Notes under the pieces: generated by a model | Databases searched by the model: none | What the model was told of the DNA's origin: nothing | The model's input: the letters and a program-made list of their open reading frames with translations, nothing else | Translations under genes and position numbers: made by a program | Virus record (IMG/VR): IMGVR_UViG_3300042876_000418 | Location: 1 to 64,000 of that record | Source: a virus | Length of the DNA: 64,000 bases | Strand: one strand, 5' to 3' | Shown here: positions 36,732 to 47,368 of the stretch, one piece after another | How positions within the stretch are numbered: the first letter of the stretch is position 1 | Layout: the number at the start of each line of letters is the position of its first letter

Positions 36732-39509
36732 TTAGGGCCTCATTTGGTCAATGGAGAGATAGGATTCTTGATAGGCCACGAAGATCAATGGGACGTCAAT
36801 CGTAAACGTTTTGTCTGTGTCGTAAGCGTAGGCAAGTTCGTACAGGCCATAAATTCCACTGGCGTTCACCTGGTCAATTTGAGTTATTGCGCCCGTGGTA
36901 ACTGCCCCGGTTTGGGCAACCTCTAGCGTTCTTGCCGCGTCTTTGTAGATGTGAAGTACCGCCGTTGCTCCGGGCTTTGTGAATGTCGCGTATAGCCGCC
37001 CGTTATCGGTGTTATCCTGAGTAAACCCGCTCAACTCAAGCCGCTGGAATATGGCATCATCACCGGTAATAGTCGGGAACATAGTTTCGCTCATAGAAAG
37101 AAGATTATCTCCAGGAGATAGGTAGAATATTGCGCTACTGTCTGGTGTAACGTAACTGGATAGGTTCCCTCTAACGTTAGAAATGATAGAGAAGTTTGAG
37201 GGTCCCGTCGTTATCTTTACCAATTCGTCTTTATAAATTTCAAGATCGGTTGCATCAAACTTAGCGGAGAAGTATATTTTGGATCCGTTCGTTTGATTGA
37301 TAACCGCGGTCAATCTCGGGATAGGACCCTGGATATAAATCACCGGATAAGTGATTACAGGAGAATCATTCGCTACGGTGGATGTAAGATTGGCGATATA
37401 CCCATAACGAGTCCCGCCGCTGTCAACGTCCTGTCCGAAATAAACATCATTTGTATTCGGGTTCAGCCACTTCGGACCATCGTTATCAAACGAATATGTA
37501 ACCGAATGGGACAATCCAGGGTGAAACTGACCACGATTATAGATCGCATAATTTGTGCCGTATTTCGCCTCTGCTTTGATATTCATCAGAATTTCGCCAG
37601 TAGGCAAAGCAACCATTTTTGATCCAGTATAATATGGCGCGGCAAAGTCGGGCGGGTTTAGATCAACCCATGACGCTCCATTCCACATAGAGAAATTATC
37701 CGCCGCCACTCCGCCGATTGTGGTAAAGTTTCCTCCGGCATAAAGATTACCATCTGCCCCAAATACGATTGATCTCACGGGAGCATCGGTATTACCATCA
37801 CCAACAGAACTCCATACTGTACCGTTCCATTTTGCGATTGACGCAGTATTAGCCACGCCGCCAGCGCTCGTAAATGATCCCGCCACATATAGGTTTCCGA
37901 TGGAATCTAGTTTCATGTCATAAACCACGCCATCTGGTATCCCGGTTCCAAGAGGAACGTATGCCGTCCCGTTCCACCTTGCGATTCTTGTGGTATCCGC
38001 CACGCCTCCAGCTAAAGTAAAAGCGCCGGCAAGATAAATCCCGTTTCTTTCTGGAGTTTCGACAATCGCATTCACATCCCCGTTTGTGCCTGTTCCTACC
38101 GCTATCCAGTTGGACCCATCCGTAAAAGCAATGTGAGCAGTGTTCGCGATTCCGGTAATGGCTGTAAATTTTCCACCAACAGATAGGCCACCAGAATAAC
38201 TTTTAGTTATCGCTAATACGGCTCCGTTTGGAGACGTTGCGCCTACGAGCGTATAACTTGATCCGTCCCATTTATAGAGATATGGAGCCGCCCTTCCTCC
38301 CAAGAATAAATCTCCATTCTCGTTCATAGCGAAAGCTATAGCTTGAATAGCCGCAGAAACTCCAGGACTAACAAGACTAAAAATGCCGTAGCGATTCATC
38401 TGTAGAATTTGCCCGGCTTCCGAGAAATACGCAGGTTTCACATATGACGCGGCATTCGTTTGGTCGTTTGTAATCAACGGTATGAATTGCCGAAACACAA
38501 TTCCGCTCCGGTCTTGGTTGAAATTATCAAGACTGCCCTCCAGCCCCGACTCGTACGCGCATTCAATATTCCCGGCCAGGGCCTCTTGCCCATCGCCGTC
38601 GATGACGTGATATTTCATCAGTAGGGGCTGTTGTTCCCCGAGATTGAACGGGCTGCATAGTTCGATCAATTCCGAGCGCTGTTTTTGAACTTCGCTCAAC
38701 GATGTTCCCGTGATCGCCCCGGCCAGGGTAAATTGCCGGGATTGGTACACCGAACGCTGATACATGCCCCCGCCGTTAGCCAGGGGTAATACCGCGTTTA
38801 TGATTGGGAGCATACCAAATCCTAGTACCGCCATAAGGCGGAAACCCAAATCTAAGAGTCGCATTTCTCTGCCTCCATTGCCGTTAGCAAGACGTTGAGA
38901 CCTGCTGGCGTGAGATAATCCTTCCCACCAGTAGGATTGAACATAAGGTAACATCCCCGGTTCATCACCGTCGATGTAAGTCGTGACGTAGGACTTCGCT
39001 TCACTTTGGGCCGCGTCGATGTAGAACGGGTTGACCGTACCGCCCGACTTCCGGGCCACCACGAGCGCCCCACCGGCATGACAGGTAATCACCAACCGCT
39101 GCCAGCGCCCATTACCCACCACCTCTTTGATCTGGCTGGACACGCTCCGACTACCAAAAGAGCCGGCGTACAGTTGGTACGTATCGCCGGGGTGCCCGAG
39201 CAGGTACACACTCATGGTATTCGGGACGCTTGACGATATCCCCGCCACGGTATAAGACACGCCCGCCGCGTTTCCGTTGGTCGGGGTGATCTTCAGCGAG
39301 TATATCCCGCGGTACTGATAGGTGACGGCCCGCGCTATGGTAGAGTTTTGAGCCGTCCAACCCGTGGTGTTGCGTTCAAAACTAGGGTTGGTGATATCGT
39401 TCTGTCCGTTCTCGGGCTTGATAATCGAGAACCAGCCCTTGTCGTACTCAAGGAAATATCCGCCGATTGGATCCGGTACTGTTTGGTATGACTGTTGAGT
39501 ACGATTCAT
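36732..39509 (-). CDS. Distal tail protein with CBM-like N-terminus and beta-propeller insertion
   Basis: NPSFE..W CBM motif; repeated G.FT.AGGVA..IA.W.G..W blades; follows the tape measure. Confidence 0.75.
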   Translation of the reverse strand: MNRTQQSYQTVPDPIGGYFLEYDKGWFSIIKPENGQNDITNPSFERNTTGWTAQNSTIARAVTYQYRGIYSLKITPTNGNAAGVSYTVAGISSSVPNTMSVYLLGHPGDTYQLYAGSFGSRSVSSQIKEVVGNGRWQRLVITCHAGGALVVARKSGGTVNPFYIDAAQSEAKSYVTTYIDGDEPGMLPYVQSYWWEGLSHASRSQRLANGNGGREMRLLDLGFRLMAVLGFGMLPIINAVLPLANGGGMYQRSVYQSRQFTLAGAITGTSLSEVQKQRSELIELCSPFNLGEQQPLLMKYHVIDGDGQEALAGNIECAYESGLEGSLDNFNQDRSGIVFRQFIPLITNDQTNAASYVKPAYFSEAGQILQMNRYGIFSLVSPGVSAAIQAIAFAMNENGDLFLGGRAAPYLYKWDGSSYTLVGATSPNGAVLAITKSYSGGLSVGGKFTAITGIANTAHIAFTDGSNWIAVGTGTNGDVNAIVETPERNGIYLAGAFTLAGGVADTTRIARWNGTAYVPLGTGIPDGVVYDMKLDSIGNLYVAGSFTSAGGVANTASIAKWNGTVWSSVGDGNTDAPVRSIVFGADGNLYAGGNFTTIGGVAADNFSMWNGASWVDLNPPDFAAPYYTGSKMVALPTGEILMNIKAEAKYGTNYAIYNRGQFHPGLSHSVTYSFDNDGPKWLNPNTNDVYFGQDVDSGGTRYGYIANLTSTVANDSPVITYPVIYIQGPIPRLTAVINQTNGSKIYFSAKFDATDLEIYKDELVKITTGPSNFSIISNVRGNLSSYVTPDSSAIFYLSPGDNLLSMSETMFPTITGDDAIFQRLELSGFTQDNTDNGRLYATFTKPGATAVLHIYKDAARTLEVAQTGAVTTGAITQIDQVNASGIYGLYELAYAYDTDKTFTIDVPLIFVAYQESYLSIDQMRP

Positions 39510-39512
39510 TGG

Positions 39513-42500
39513 TTATGCACCTAAAATTTGCATAGTCTGGAATCCCTGCCGGACGTTTTCGGCCTGCATCCGGGTTTGAAGGGTGAGGTTGTACTGATTC
39601 GTATTGATGTTTGAATACGTCTGCATCATCATACTTTGGGCTGAGGCAGGCGGGGATATACGTTGCTGATTGGCTACGATTCCAGTGCCACTACCGCCGC
39701 CGCCCGCCGATCTTGCCCATTCAAGCGCATCTGGAAGATTGACGATATTCTTGGAGTTGTTCCCCCAAATCCAGCCCCATAGTTTTTCGAGCGCCTTGAT
39801 AACATCGCCCACCCACGATGAAATGTTGTCGAATGCAGTTTTGAATGGGGATGCAATCGCGTTCCCGATTTCAATAGCCTTACCGGAGAACGAATCCCAC
39901 CAACCGCTGATTTTCGTTATGATTCCATCCGGTCCATTCCAAATATTAGTTGCAAACAGTTTTATTGCATTCCAACTGTTTTGAATGGTATCGCGGATAC
40001 TTTGGACCGGATTATTAGGACTGTCTACCCAACTTTGGAATGTATCCCATATCCCGGTAATTGTGCTTGTGATCCCGTTCCAAATTGTTTCCGCGCTACC
40101 TTTTACCGCGTTCCACGCCGTTTCGAGCGCCGTTTTTACCGCGCCCCAAACCGTGCTTGCCGCAGTCTCAACCCCGTCCCACGCCGTAATGACGGCTGTT
40201 TTGATCCCGCCCCACACCGTTTCCGCCGCCGTCTTGATCCCGCCCCAGATCGTCTCAAGGGAAGTCTTGACATTACCCCAGATCGTTTCGGCGGTAGTCT
40301 TGATCCCTGTCCAAATCGAACCAATCGCATCCTTGACTCCACCTAAGATCGTTTCGGCACTATTGCTAATGGAGTTCCATGCCGAAATAAGAGCGCTTTT
40401 TATTTCCGCCCATTTCTTATCGACTTCCGTAGCAATATCTTTCCACGCTTTGGTCACTTTAGCGTAGATACTGTTAGGCCCGGTGAAATAATCCACGGCC
40501 TTCGACTTGATTTTTTCCCAGACAGAAACGAGATTAGCTACAACTTTATTCCAGGCCGAAACCAGCGCGGTTCTGATTTTCTCCCACGCATCGGTGATAA
40601 CCTTTTTGATCGCGTCCCATGCTTTACCTGTAACTTCGTTGATTTTGTACCAGACTACAACCAGCGTTTTCACCAGGTCAATATTTTCAGCGTCGATCCC
40701 GATCTGTTTGAACGCGGCGCGAATCGGACGCCCGAATATTTCATCGAACTTTTCCCCGATTGACTCCCCGAAAATCTTACCTAAATCGTACTTACCGGGA
40801 TTCCTGAATATCTCTCCGATTACGTCACCAATACGAGAAGCAGTGTCCCGAATCCCCTGCCAGTTCTCAGACCACGCCTTGACGGAAAAAATGATCCCGC
40901 TGATGATAACGCCAATCGCGCCTAATCTCGTGAGCAGTGCGCCCGCGCCGGTAGCCCCGCCAATCGTCTGAAATACGGCACTTATTTTCGTCCCTACATT
41001 CAGGATGAACCCGATGGGCTTTGACGCTAACCATAAGATCGCAACCCACTTACCCGCTGCAATCACATTCTCGTTGAGCGCCTTGCCCATTTCGGTCATA
41101 CCATAGGTGGTCTGCCCGCCCTCGGGTAGCCCTTCGTCCTGGAAGCCGCCTTTTTTCTTTGCGCCGGGAGTCGTGGTCTTGGTCAGGATTCCCATCTCTA
41201 CCAGTAAATCCAATACCCGGTAAAGTTGTTTCTCGAATTCCTTGAATACCGGGACCACATGGGTATTGAAACTATCCGCGACTGGCTGGAAGATGGTCAA
41301 TAGCCGCTGCTTGAATTCGTCAATCTTATTCTGTAGACTCGTAACCGCGCCGCCGGCCTTCTCAAATGGGGCTGACGGGTTATTCTTGCCGCCTTCACCT
41401 TCGCCGGCCCCCGCGCCCTTGTACGCTTTGGTCATCTCAATCAGAGCGCTAACCAAATCTTGTTGTAATTTTACTTGCTTTTCAAGTGCATCGGCGTTTT
41501 TCTTTGCAACTTCAAGATTCTTTTCGTCCTCTTTGCGCTTGTCAACTGAGTTTTTATACGCATCTTTAGCTGCCTTGAATTCAGCCCGTTTCGCCGCCAG
41601 TTTCGCCGGGTCCTTCTCCGTTTGAGCCAACTTGTTGTACTCGTTGACCATATCGGTGATATTCTGCCCGGCCTCTTTTTCGGCTTCACGTGATTTTTCG
41701 AGCGCTTCCTCGGCAGCATTCACTTTCTCGGTAGCATCGGCTAATTGCAACTGTAAGCCAGCCAGCTTGCCAACTTCGCCGCCGTACTGCCCCAATTGGG
41801 CCTGGAGTTGCTTGATAAAATCATCCCCGCCGCCCCCGGACAGGGCCTTCGTCATACTGCCTGCCAGGTTCTTCCACATCGCGTCTTGACTCGCCGCGTC
41901 CCCACCCATCGCGGCAAGTGCGCTCTTGATCGTGCCGCCCAACGACGTGAATACCCCAAAATCAGCCTGAGTCATGCCGTCAAGGTAGGCGGTCATAGTT
42001 GACGCGCCCCACTTGTCGATGTCAGGCAGTAAGTTCGGTGGTGAATGGGCCTCCAGGAAATAACTAATCAGATCGCCAATCCCCTGCATGGATAGGGCCA
42101 GGACCGTGCCGGTGCCCTCTGCGATTCCGATGGCGAAGGACGAAATGAGGTTGAAGCCCCATTGGGCGGCCTGCCCAATCAGTGACGCGATTCCACTGAA
42201 CATCGGTCCTGAGAAGAAATTGATTAACGTATTGGCCGCCTCACCCGCGCCACCCTTGACGATATCGAAGAATGCGCCGAACGCCGCGCCGGTACTCTCC
42301 AGCATGGGAGCTAAACGACCGCCTGTGTTGAATGCGTCTGTAATCCGCTTTGTAAAGTCGGTAATCGCCTGACCGGCCATCATTGACGCCTTGAGGAATG
42401 GGGTGCCGAGGGTCAATTGTAGATCGTTGACCACCCGCTCGTAGCTGCCCCACACCTTAGACGCCGTACCTAATGACGCCTCATAGGAGCCGGCGGATTT

Positions 42501-43172
42501 CTTTCCCTCTTCCAATACCGCGTTCAATGTAGCCTGAGACCGCTCGGTATTGGTCAGTTGTTCGGATGATTTATTCAGGCTTTTGGCGTACTTATCGAAC
42601 GCCTGCTGCATGTTGATATTCAGGCCAGCAGTGCGGAATATCTCCGTATTATAGGTCTGAATACCGTACAGGAGTCGTTGTAGAGTCTCACTTGAGTTAC
42701 TACCCGACACCTGAGCTTGATCTTGGGCCACGCGGGCTAACTGGGTGCTCTTGGCTAAATCAAGATTGTAGCGGGAAAAGTTGATAACCAGATTCGCCGC
42801 CACCCCGGCCTCGATCCCGTACTTACGGATTGAGTTGACGTTCTGGTCAACCGACTCCGCCGTGGATCCGTTTTGTGCCGCCAGATTGTAAGCGACCTGC
42901 TGCAACTGCTCAAACTTAGACGCCACGTCAAGCGAACCACCGACCAGGGCGTCAATCTTCCCCACAACTTGATCTATCGCGCGGGTCAACTGCTGCCCGA
43001 GCGCGTTGTTCAGGATCATCTGAGCAGGGGAAAGGCGGTTGTTGATCGTATTGGTAAGACTGAGCATAGACTGATTTAGGCTAAGGGTACTTTGATTAGC
43101 CGCAGTCTGCCCGCTTTGAAAGGCAGATAACCCGTCCATTACCAGTCTTACGCCTACATCAACTAAACCCAT
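39513..43172 (-). CDS. Tail tape measure protein
   Basis: 1219 aa, Ala/Gly-rich helical, 11-aa Trp-periodic repeats, HSPP motif. Confidence 0.92.
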   Translation of the reverse strand: MGLVDVGVRLVMDGLSAFQSGQTAANQSTLSLNQSMLSLTNTINNRLSPAQMILNNALGQQLTRAIDQVVGKIDALVGGSLDVASKFEQLQQVAYNLAAQNGSTAESVDQNVNSIRKYGIEAGVAANLVINFSRYNLDLAKSTQLARVAQDQAQVSGSNSSETLQRLLYGIQTYNTEIFRTAGLNINMQQAFDKYAKSLNKSSEQLTNTERSQATLNAVLEEGKKSAGSYEASLGTASKVWGSYERVVNDLQLTLGTPFLKASMMAGQAITDFTKRITDAFNTGGRLAPMLESTGAAFGAFFDIVKGGAGEAANTLINFFSGPMFSGIASLIGQAAQWGFNLISSFAIGIAEGTGTVLALSMQGIGDLISYFLEAHSPPNLLPDIDKWGASTMTAYLDGMTQADFGVFTSLGGTIKSALAAMGGDAASQDAMWKNLAGSMTKALSGGGGDDFIKQLQAQLGQYGGEVGKLAGLQLQLADATEKVNAAEEALEKSREAEKEAGQNITDMVNEYNKLAQTEKDPAKLAAKRAEFKAAKDAYKNSVDKRKEDEKNLEVAKKNADALEKQVKLQQDLVSALIEMTKAYKGAGAGEGEGGKNNPSAPFEKAGGAVTSLQNKIDEFKQRLLTIFQPVADSFNTHVVPVFKEFEKQLYRVLDLLVEMGILTKTTTPGAKKKGGFQDEGLPEGGQTTYGMTEMGKALNENVIAAGKWVAILWLASKPIGFILNVGTKISAVFQTIGGATGAGALLTRLGAIGVIISGIIFSVKAWSENWQGIRDTASRIGDVIGEIFRNPGKYDLGKIFGESIGEKFDEIFGRPIRAAFKQIGIDAENIDLVKTLVVVWYKINEVTGKAWDAIKKVITDAWEKIRTALVSAWNKVVANLVSVWEKIKSKAVDYFTGPNSIYAKVTKAWKDIATEVDKKWAEIKSALISAWNSISNSAETILGGVKDAIGSIWTGIKTTAETIWGNVKTSLETIWGGIKTAAETVWGGIKTAVITAWDGVETAASTVWGAVKTALETAWNAVKGSAETIWNGITSTITGIWDTFQSWVDSPNNPVQSIRDTIQNSWNAIKLFATNIWNGPDGIITKISGWWDSFSGKAIEIGNAIASPFKTAFDNISSWVGDVIKALEKLWGWIWGNNSKNIVNLPDALEWARSAGGGGSGTGIVANQQRISPPASAQSMMMQTYSNINTNQYNLTLQTRMQAENVRQGFQTMQILGA

Positions 43173-43175
43173 AAA

Positions 43176-43425
43176 CTAACCGCCTTTCCTGCCTGCTTTG
43201 ATTTTATCGTTCTGGACTTTCGCCAGTACCGCTTCTACTTGATTGTGCGATCTATAAGCCGCCACGAGCAGAGATTGGCGCTCGCCTTCCAGGGCTTCAA
43301 AGTCTTCAAGTTTGTAATTCGCCCATTGCGCCACGAATATTTTCTCCAGGATTGGGTCGTAACTTATCCCGCTCCTGGAGACCGGGATCCCGAACACGTC
43401 TTCGCCGTGATACTCAACTCTGAAA
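43176..43425 (-). CDS. Tail assembly chaperone frameshift extension (T-like)
   Basis: +1 frame opens just before TTT-C at 43425-43422. Confidence 0.6.
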
Positions 43426-43902
43426 CGTGTCTAGCGCCTCTTGGGTCGCTCCCTCCGTAACGCCAGAGCGGCGCATGATCGCTTCGATCAATTCCATCAG
43501 GTCGGAATCCGTGCCTACGCACAAATCCTTGATATAGATCGCCTTGTCGGATCCCTTCAGTTCAACCCCGATTTCCAGCATGTCCGCCCGCAGGGCTTCG
43601 ATCTCCGCTTTAATTTCATCGGTGATTTCAACTACCACACCCCGCGCCACGACCAAATCCTGCAATTTTTCATTGACAAGCTCTTCATTCGCGGCAAGCG
43701 ATTTGATGTAATCCGGGTGGGCACGATTCTCTTCTTGCACGACCGTGCCGTCAGGATAGGTCACGCTTTGAACGGGCGGCATTGGGATCGGGAAAGACTT
43801 CCGGATCTCTTGGGCCAGGTAGGGGGAAACTTTGCGGATAAGGACGGTCTTGCCGGTGTCCTTGAATGTGAACGGGACCAAACCAGGATTTCTTGTAGAC
43901 AC
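43414..43902 (-). CDS. Tail assembly chaperone (G-like)
   Basis: Between tail tube and tape measure; ends ..TFQS*. Confidence 0.75.
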   Translation of the reverse strand: MSTRNPGLVPFTFKDTGKTVLIRKVSPYLAQEIRKSFPIPMPPVQSVTYPDGTVVQEENRAHPDYIKSLAANEELVNEKLQDLVVARGVVVEITDEIKAEIEALRADMLEIGVELKGSDKAIYIKDLCVGTDSDLMELIEAIMRRSGVTEGATQEALDTFQS

Positions 43903-43963
43903 AATCTCACCTCATCAATATGAATTTTCCGGGCGGGAATGGGATTCCCCGCCCGGTTTGGAT

Positions 43964-45511
43964 TTACATCTTGACGGCGCTGCCAATTAGGAGGATACCG
44001 TCAGTGCCATTGCCAGCCAGCCCGGCCACGATAATGTTATTCGCGTCGGCTGAGGGGTCCGAGGTCACAGGGACAACCAGCCGCCCGGCCTTGTCGAAAG
44101 TGGGTAGATTGTTGATCCGGGGTGCCGAGTTGGTCCAATCCGCGCCACCGTTGAAGGTAGCGAAGATTCGCGCAGCCGGCCCGGTTGTGCTGTGGGACAC
44201 ATAGCCCACTTCATCGGTAGCGAAAGTAATGTCCCAGACGGTGCCGGTGCCAGAGCCTGAGAACGCCTTCTCTACCCAGGTCTTGCCACCGTTGAGGGTG
44301 TAGTACAGCTTGCCCCCGGTAGCGGTGCCAACCCAATAACGCAGATCGTCCATCACTGCTACCGCCTGAATGGTATTTGCCGCGTCTGGTGTTGCGACTG
44401 TGGTAGACCAGGTAATGCCGCGATTGATTGACTTGATAATCGTGCCGGTAGCACCCACGGCTACCAGGGTGTTTCTCGACTCATTGCCGTCAATCCGGTA
44501 CAAATCGTTGGTGGTAGCGTCACCCGCGCTCAGTACAGTAGCGCCACTCGGGACGTCGGTAATCTTGTAGATGTACCCGCCCGCCGCGGCGATGTACGCT
44601 TCATTCGAGTTGAAGACCACGATGTCATTGCCGGATTTACCGGAAACGAACCCGGTTGAAACTTTGGTGAATGCGCCGGGAATACCGGTATCGGTGTCAA
44701 TCTCAGCGTAGAAATACGCCTCGCTGCCCAGGATCACCAGGTAATTACCAATCAGGTCGATTGCCGTGATTACCTCAGCGGCCCCGAGTCCAGAGATGTC
44801 TACCGCGGTCCAGGTGGCCCCCTTGTTGACCGTGTAGTGTAGTTGTCCGGGCAGGCCCGGAGAACCAGCCCCGGACGGCGCGGTAATGGCATAAGCGCGA
44901 TTGGTACCATCATCTTGCTCACCGCACGACCCACACGATTCACGATTGGCGTAGACCGCGTCAACAACCTCGCGGTTGACCTGAGTCGCGGCCTTCTCCC
45001 CAAAACTAATCGCGCCGATGGGGTACACCTCACTCAGGATCACCGACACCCGAGTCTCAAGCGCTTCATCCGAGTCGAACGAGGTCCGCTGCCCGGCGTC
45101 TTTGTCGGTGACTTTCGCCCCGCTGTAGATCAAGACGTAATCTGACCAGCCGCGCTGAAAATCCGCCAGATCGCCGCAAACGCCGCTCACTTCGTAGAAG
45201 GTGAACGGGCATCCAATTTTGGTCAGAGGAAGGGGGATTGAGGCGTGTTTTTCGCGGAAAACTAACTCCGCCTTAGCCAGATCAGCCGGGGCAATCGTGG
45301 TCCCTGCCAGATGGAAGGTTTTGGCCCGCTTGCCAGGTACCCAGATCGGGGTGATTGAGCCGGATTCCGGAATGGTCAGGCCGTTGATAGACGCATACTG
45401 ACTGTTCTGCCCTGCGAATAGAACGGGGTTGTTTGGCCGGGCGGACCCAATCTGTATGTATACCCGCTTATTCTGTCGGGTAATCAATTCATCGTTTTTT
45501 AAGTCAGGCAT
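43964..45511 (-). CDS. Major tail tube protein with C-terminal BNR/beta-propeller domain
   Basis: Position; Asp-box repeats T.N.G.TW. Confidence 0.7.
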   Translation of the reverse strand: MPDLKNDELITRQNKRVYIQIGSARPNNPVLFAGQNSQYASINGLTIPESGSITPIWVPGKRAKTFHLAGTTIAPADLAKAELVFREKHASIPLPLTKIGCPFTFYEVSGVCGDLADFQRGWSDYVLIYSGAKVTDKDAGQRTSFDSDEALETRVSVILSEVYPIGAISFGEKAATQVNREVVDAVYANRESCGSCGEQDDGTNRAYAITAPSGAGSPGLPGQLHYTVNKGATWTAVDISGLGAAEVITAIDLIGNYLVILGSEAYFYAEIDTDTGIPGAFTKVSTGFVSGKSGNDIVVFNSNEAYIAAAGGYIYKITDVPSGATVLSAGDATTNDLYRIDGNESRNTLVAVGATGTIIKSINRGITWSTTVATPDAANTIQAVAVMDDLRYWVGTATGGKLYYTLNGGKTWVEKAFSGSGTGTVWDITFATDEVGYVSHSTTGPAARIFATFNGGADWTNSAPRINNLPTFDKAGRLVVPVTSDPSADANNIIVAGLAGNGTDGILLIGSAVKM

Positions 45512-45531
45512 CTTGTACTCCTTATCGAAAT

Positions 45532-45565
45532 AAAAACAGCCACTCCTAAGATTTAGGAGCGGCTG
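45532..45565 (-). terminator. Leader terminator before the tail tube gene
   Basis: CAGCCGCTCCTAA/TTAGGAGTGGCTG + TTTTT. Confidence 0.65.
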
Positions 45566-45666
45566 CCAAAGTCCGCCACGATTGGGATTCCAATCCGGCC
45601 TACGATTTCATTATAGCACAACTAGCAAAGCCGTTTCATAGTGTCAATTTATGACACTGTAAAACG

Positions 45667-46986
45667 TTAGGGCATATACGCCGTGAGTACCCGATTCGGC
45701 TTGACAAACTTCCATGCTTCCACCTGCCCGCGCCGCGTTCCGAACGGGTTGCCTAAATCCTCACGGCTGATGTACCCATAAGCTTCATCATTTGCGCCGG
45801 CGGAGCGGGCCAGATCGAACTGCCAGCGTGCAAGCTCACGGTTGGAGGAATCGCACGCGCAAATACGATTGGGCATTTCCGCCGCCGCCAGACGGCTTAC
45901 CGCGGTGGCATAGTTGGAACTCATGCGCCCGGATTTATCCAGGGGGAATCCCGCCAAATAACGCACAATCACACGATCCGGCTGCCTGAATTTGTAGATC
46001 GAAGAGTACCAGGGTACCGCGTCCCAGGCCCCGGTGGTGGCGTTGTAGCACGACTCCCCAATCCCCAATACGCCATTGACGCTATCGGTCAGAGTGGCCC
46101 GCCCAATCGCCCAGGCGTAGCCAGCCGGATCGGTTGACGCGAAAACAATATTGTAGTTGATCATGGGGTAAGGCGGGGTTTGCCAGATGAAGATCAATGA
46201 CGCATCGGCAAGGGTGGTGCCCTCGGTATAGGGATACCTCCAGCACACGTCAAGGGTAGAGGCGTAGTTAGTCGTGTCCGCCGCGTCAAGGGGATTGAGT
46301 GCCATCGATTCGTACAGGATGGGCTTGACCAGAAGCCACGCCGGGCCTGTGATTGTCAACACGCCGCCAGATAGGGACGTCCGAATTGGGGCGATACGCC
46401 ATCTTTCCTCGAAACTATCCCCGGTAAAACGATCCGCCGCGCTGAAGTACACCACGATCTGAGTGAGATCCACCAGTCCCACAGGGGCGTTGGCGGTCAC
46501 CGTGAATTTATCCACCAGCCCATCCCCATTGGCGTCACTGAGCGTCACGACTGAGGCCAGGCCCACCGCCACGATCTTCTCTACCCCCACCGTTTGAACG
46601 TGCTTATGCGGGACGTTGACAGTCAACCATCTATCGTTTGCCCCCGCATACCCCAAGCGGTGTACATCTACTTTCGGATAGGCCGGCCACGCCACGGTGT
46701 CCTCGCAGTAGCGCGGGGCCGGGTAGAATCCCAAGTGTGGCTCGATCCTTTCCTCCGCCGTCTGAATCGCGCTCCGAATCCCATGCCGCCCGACTACGTC
46801 CGCCTGTTGGTAGCCGTACTGAGGCACGATTGAGTTGCAGTTCGATGTTACCGGCACAATCTGCCCGCCCAAGCCCCAGAAGTGGTACGGGTGGTAGTTG
46901 ATCGAATCGCGCCACGATTCCAGCGGCAATAAATTCCAGTCAGGCAGGGGTGTTTGAATTATCGCGCCTACGCCAGTATTGGTCAT
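45667..46986 (-). CDS. Head-tail adaptor-like virion protein
   Basis: AEERIEPHLGFYPAP..VRYLAG..AVSRLAAA; position upstream of tail genes. Confidence 0.6.
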   Translation of the reverse strand: MTNTGVGAIIQTPLPDWNLLPLESWRDSINYHPYHFWGLGGQIVPVTSNCNSIVPQYGYQQADVVGRHGIRSAIQTAEERIEPHLGFYPAPRYCEDTVAWPAYPKVDVHRLGYAGANDRWLTVNVPHKHVQTVGVEKIVAVGLASVVTLSDANGDGLVDKFTVTANAPVGLVDLTQIVVYFSAADRFTGDSFEERWRIAPIRTSLSGGVLTITGPAWLLVKPILYESMALNPLDAADTTNYASTLDVCWRYPYTEGTTLADASLIFIWQTPPYPMINYNIVFASTDPAGYAWAIGRATLTDSVNGVLGIGESCYNATTGAWDAVPWYSSIYKFRQPDRVIVRYLAGFPLDKSGRMSSNYATAVSRLAAAEMPNRICACDSSNRELARWQFDLARSAGANDEAYGYISREDLGNPFGTRRGQVEAWKFVKPNRVLTAYMP

Positions 46987-46998
46987 GAAACCTCCAAC

Positions 46999-47020
46999 AA
47001 AAAACCCGCCATGAGGCGGG
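46999..47020 (-). terminator. Leader terminator
   Basis: CCCGCC-TCAT-GGCGGG-TTTTTT. Confidence 0.65.
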
Positions 47021-47089
47021 CGTCAATTCCGTAAGATTCCGGCTAACCGGTCAGACAGTTAGATTATAGCATATCTCGCAAATGACCCC

Positions 47090-47118
47090 TTGACAAGAAA
47101 CGTTTTACAGTGTAGAAT
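47090..47118 (+). promoter_or_regulatory. Sigma70 promoter of the inserted operon
   Basis: TTGACA-N17-TAGAAT. Confidence 0.75.
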
Positions 47119-47152
47119 AAATTATATCAGATTGACAGTTTCGGAGGGAGCA

Positions 47153-47359
47153 ATGACGGTAATCATTCACGTAATCGAGCGAACGGATAGCAAACCAGAG
47201 GGGCGGCTATTTGACGGTTGGATCGAAAACGGCTCCAACCTGGAAACTCAGCTTGTCGCTCAGTCTAGCCGCAACACAATCGCGTGGTGCTGCCGGGTAG
47301 AGAAGGCCGCTTTCATTCGCGGCTACGATTGCAGCCGGTCTATGGATTTACGGTTTTAG
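47153..47359 (+). CDS. Hypothetical protein
   Basis: GGAGGGAGCA-ATG. Confidence 0.55.
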   Translation: MTVIIHVIERTDSKPEGRLFDGWIENGSNLETQLVAQSSRNTIAWCCRVEKAAFIRGYDCSRSMDLRF

Positions 47360-47368
47360 GAGGAAATA

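Noticed and set aside
39980-40660. 33-bp periodic repeats
   Set aside because: Ordinary 11-aa Trp-periodic tape-measure repeats
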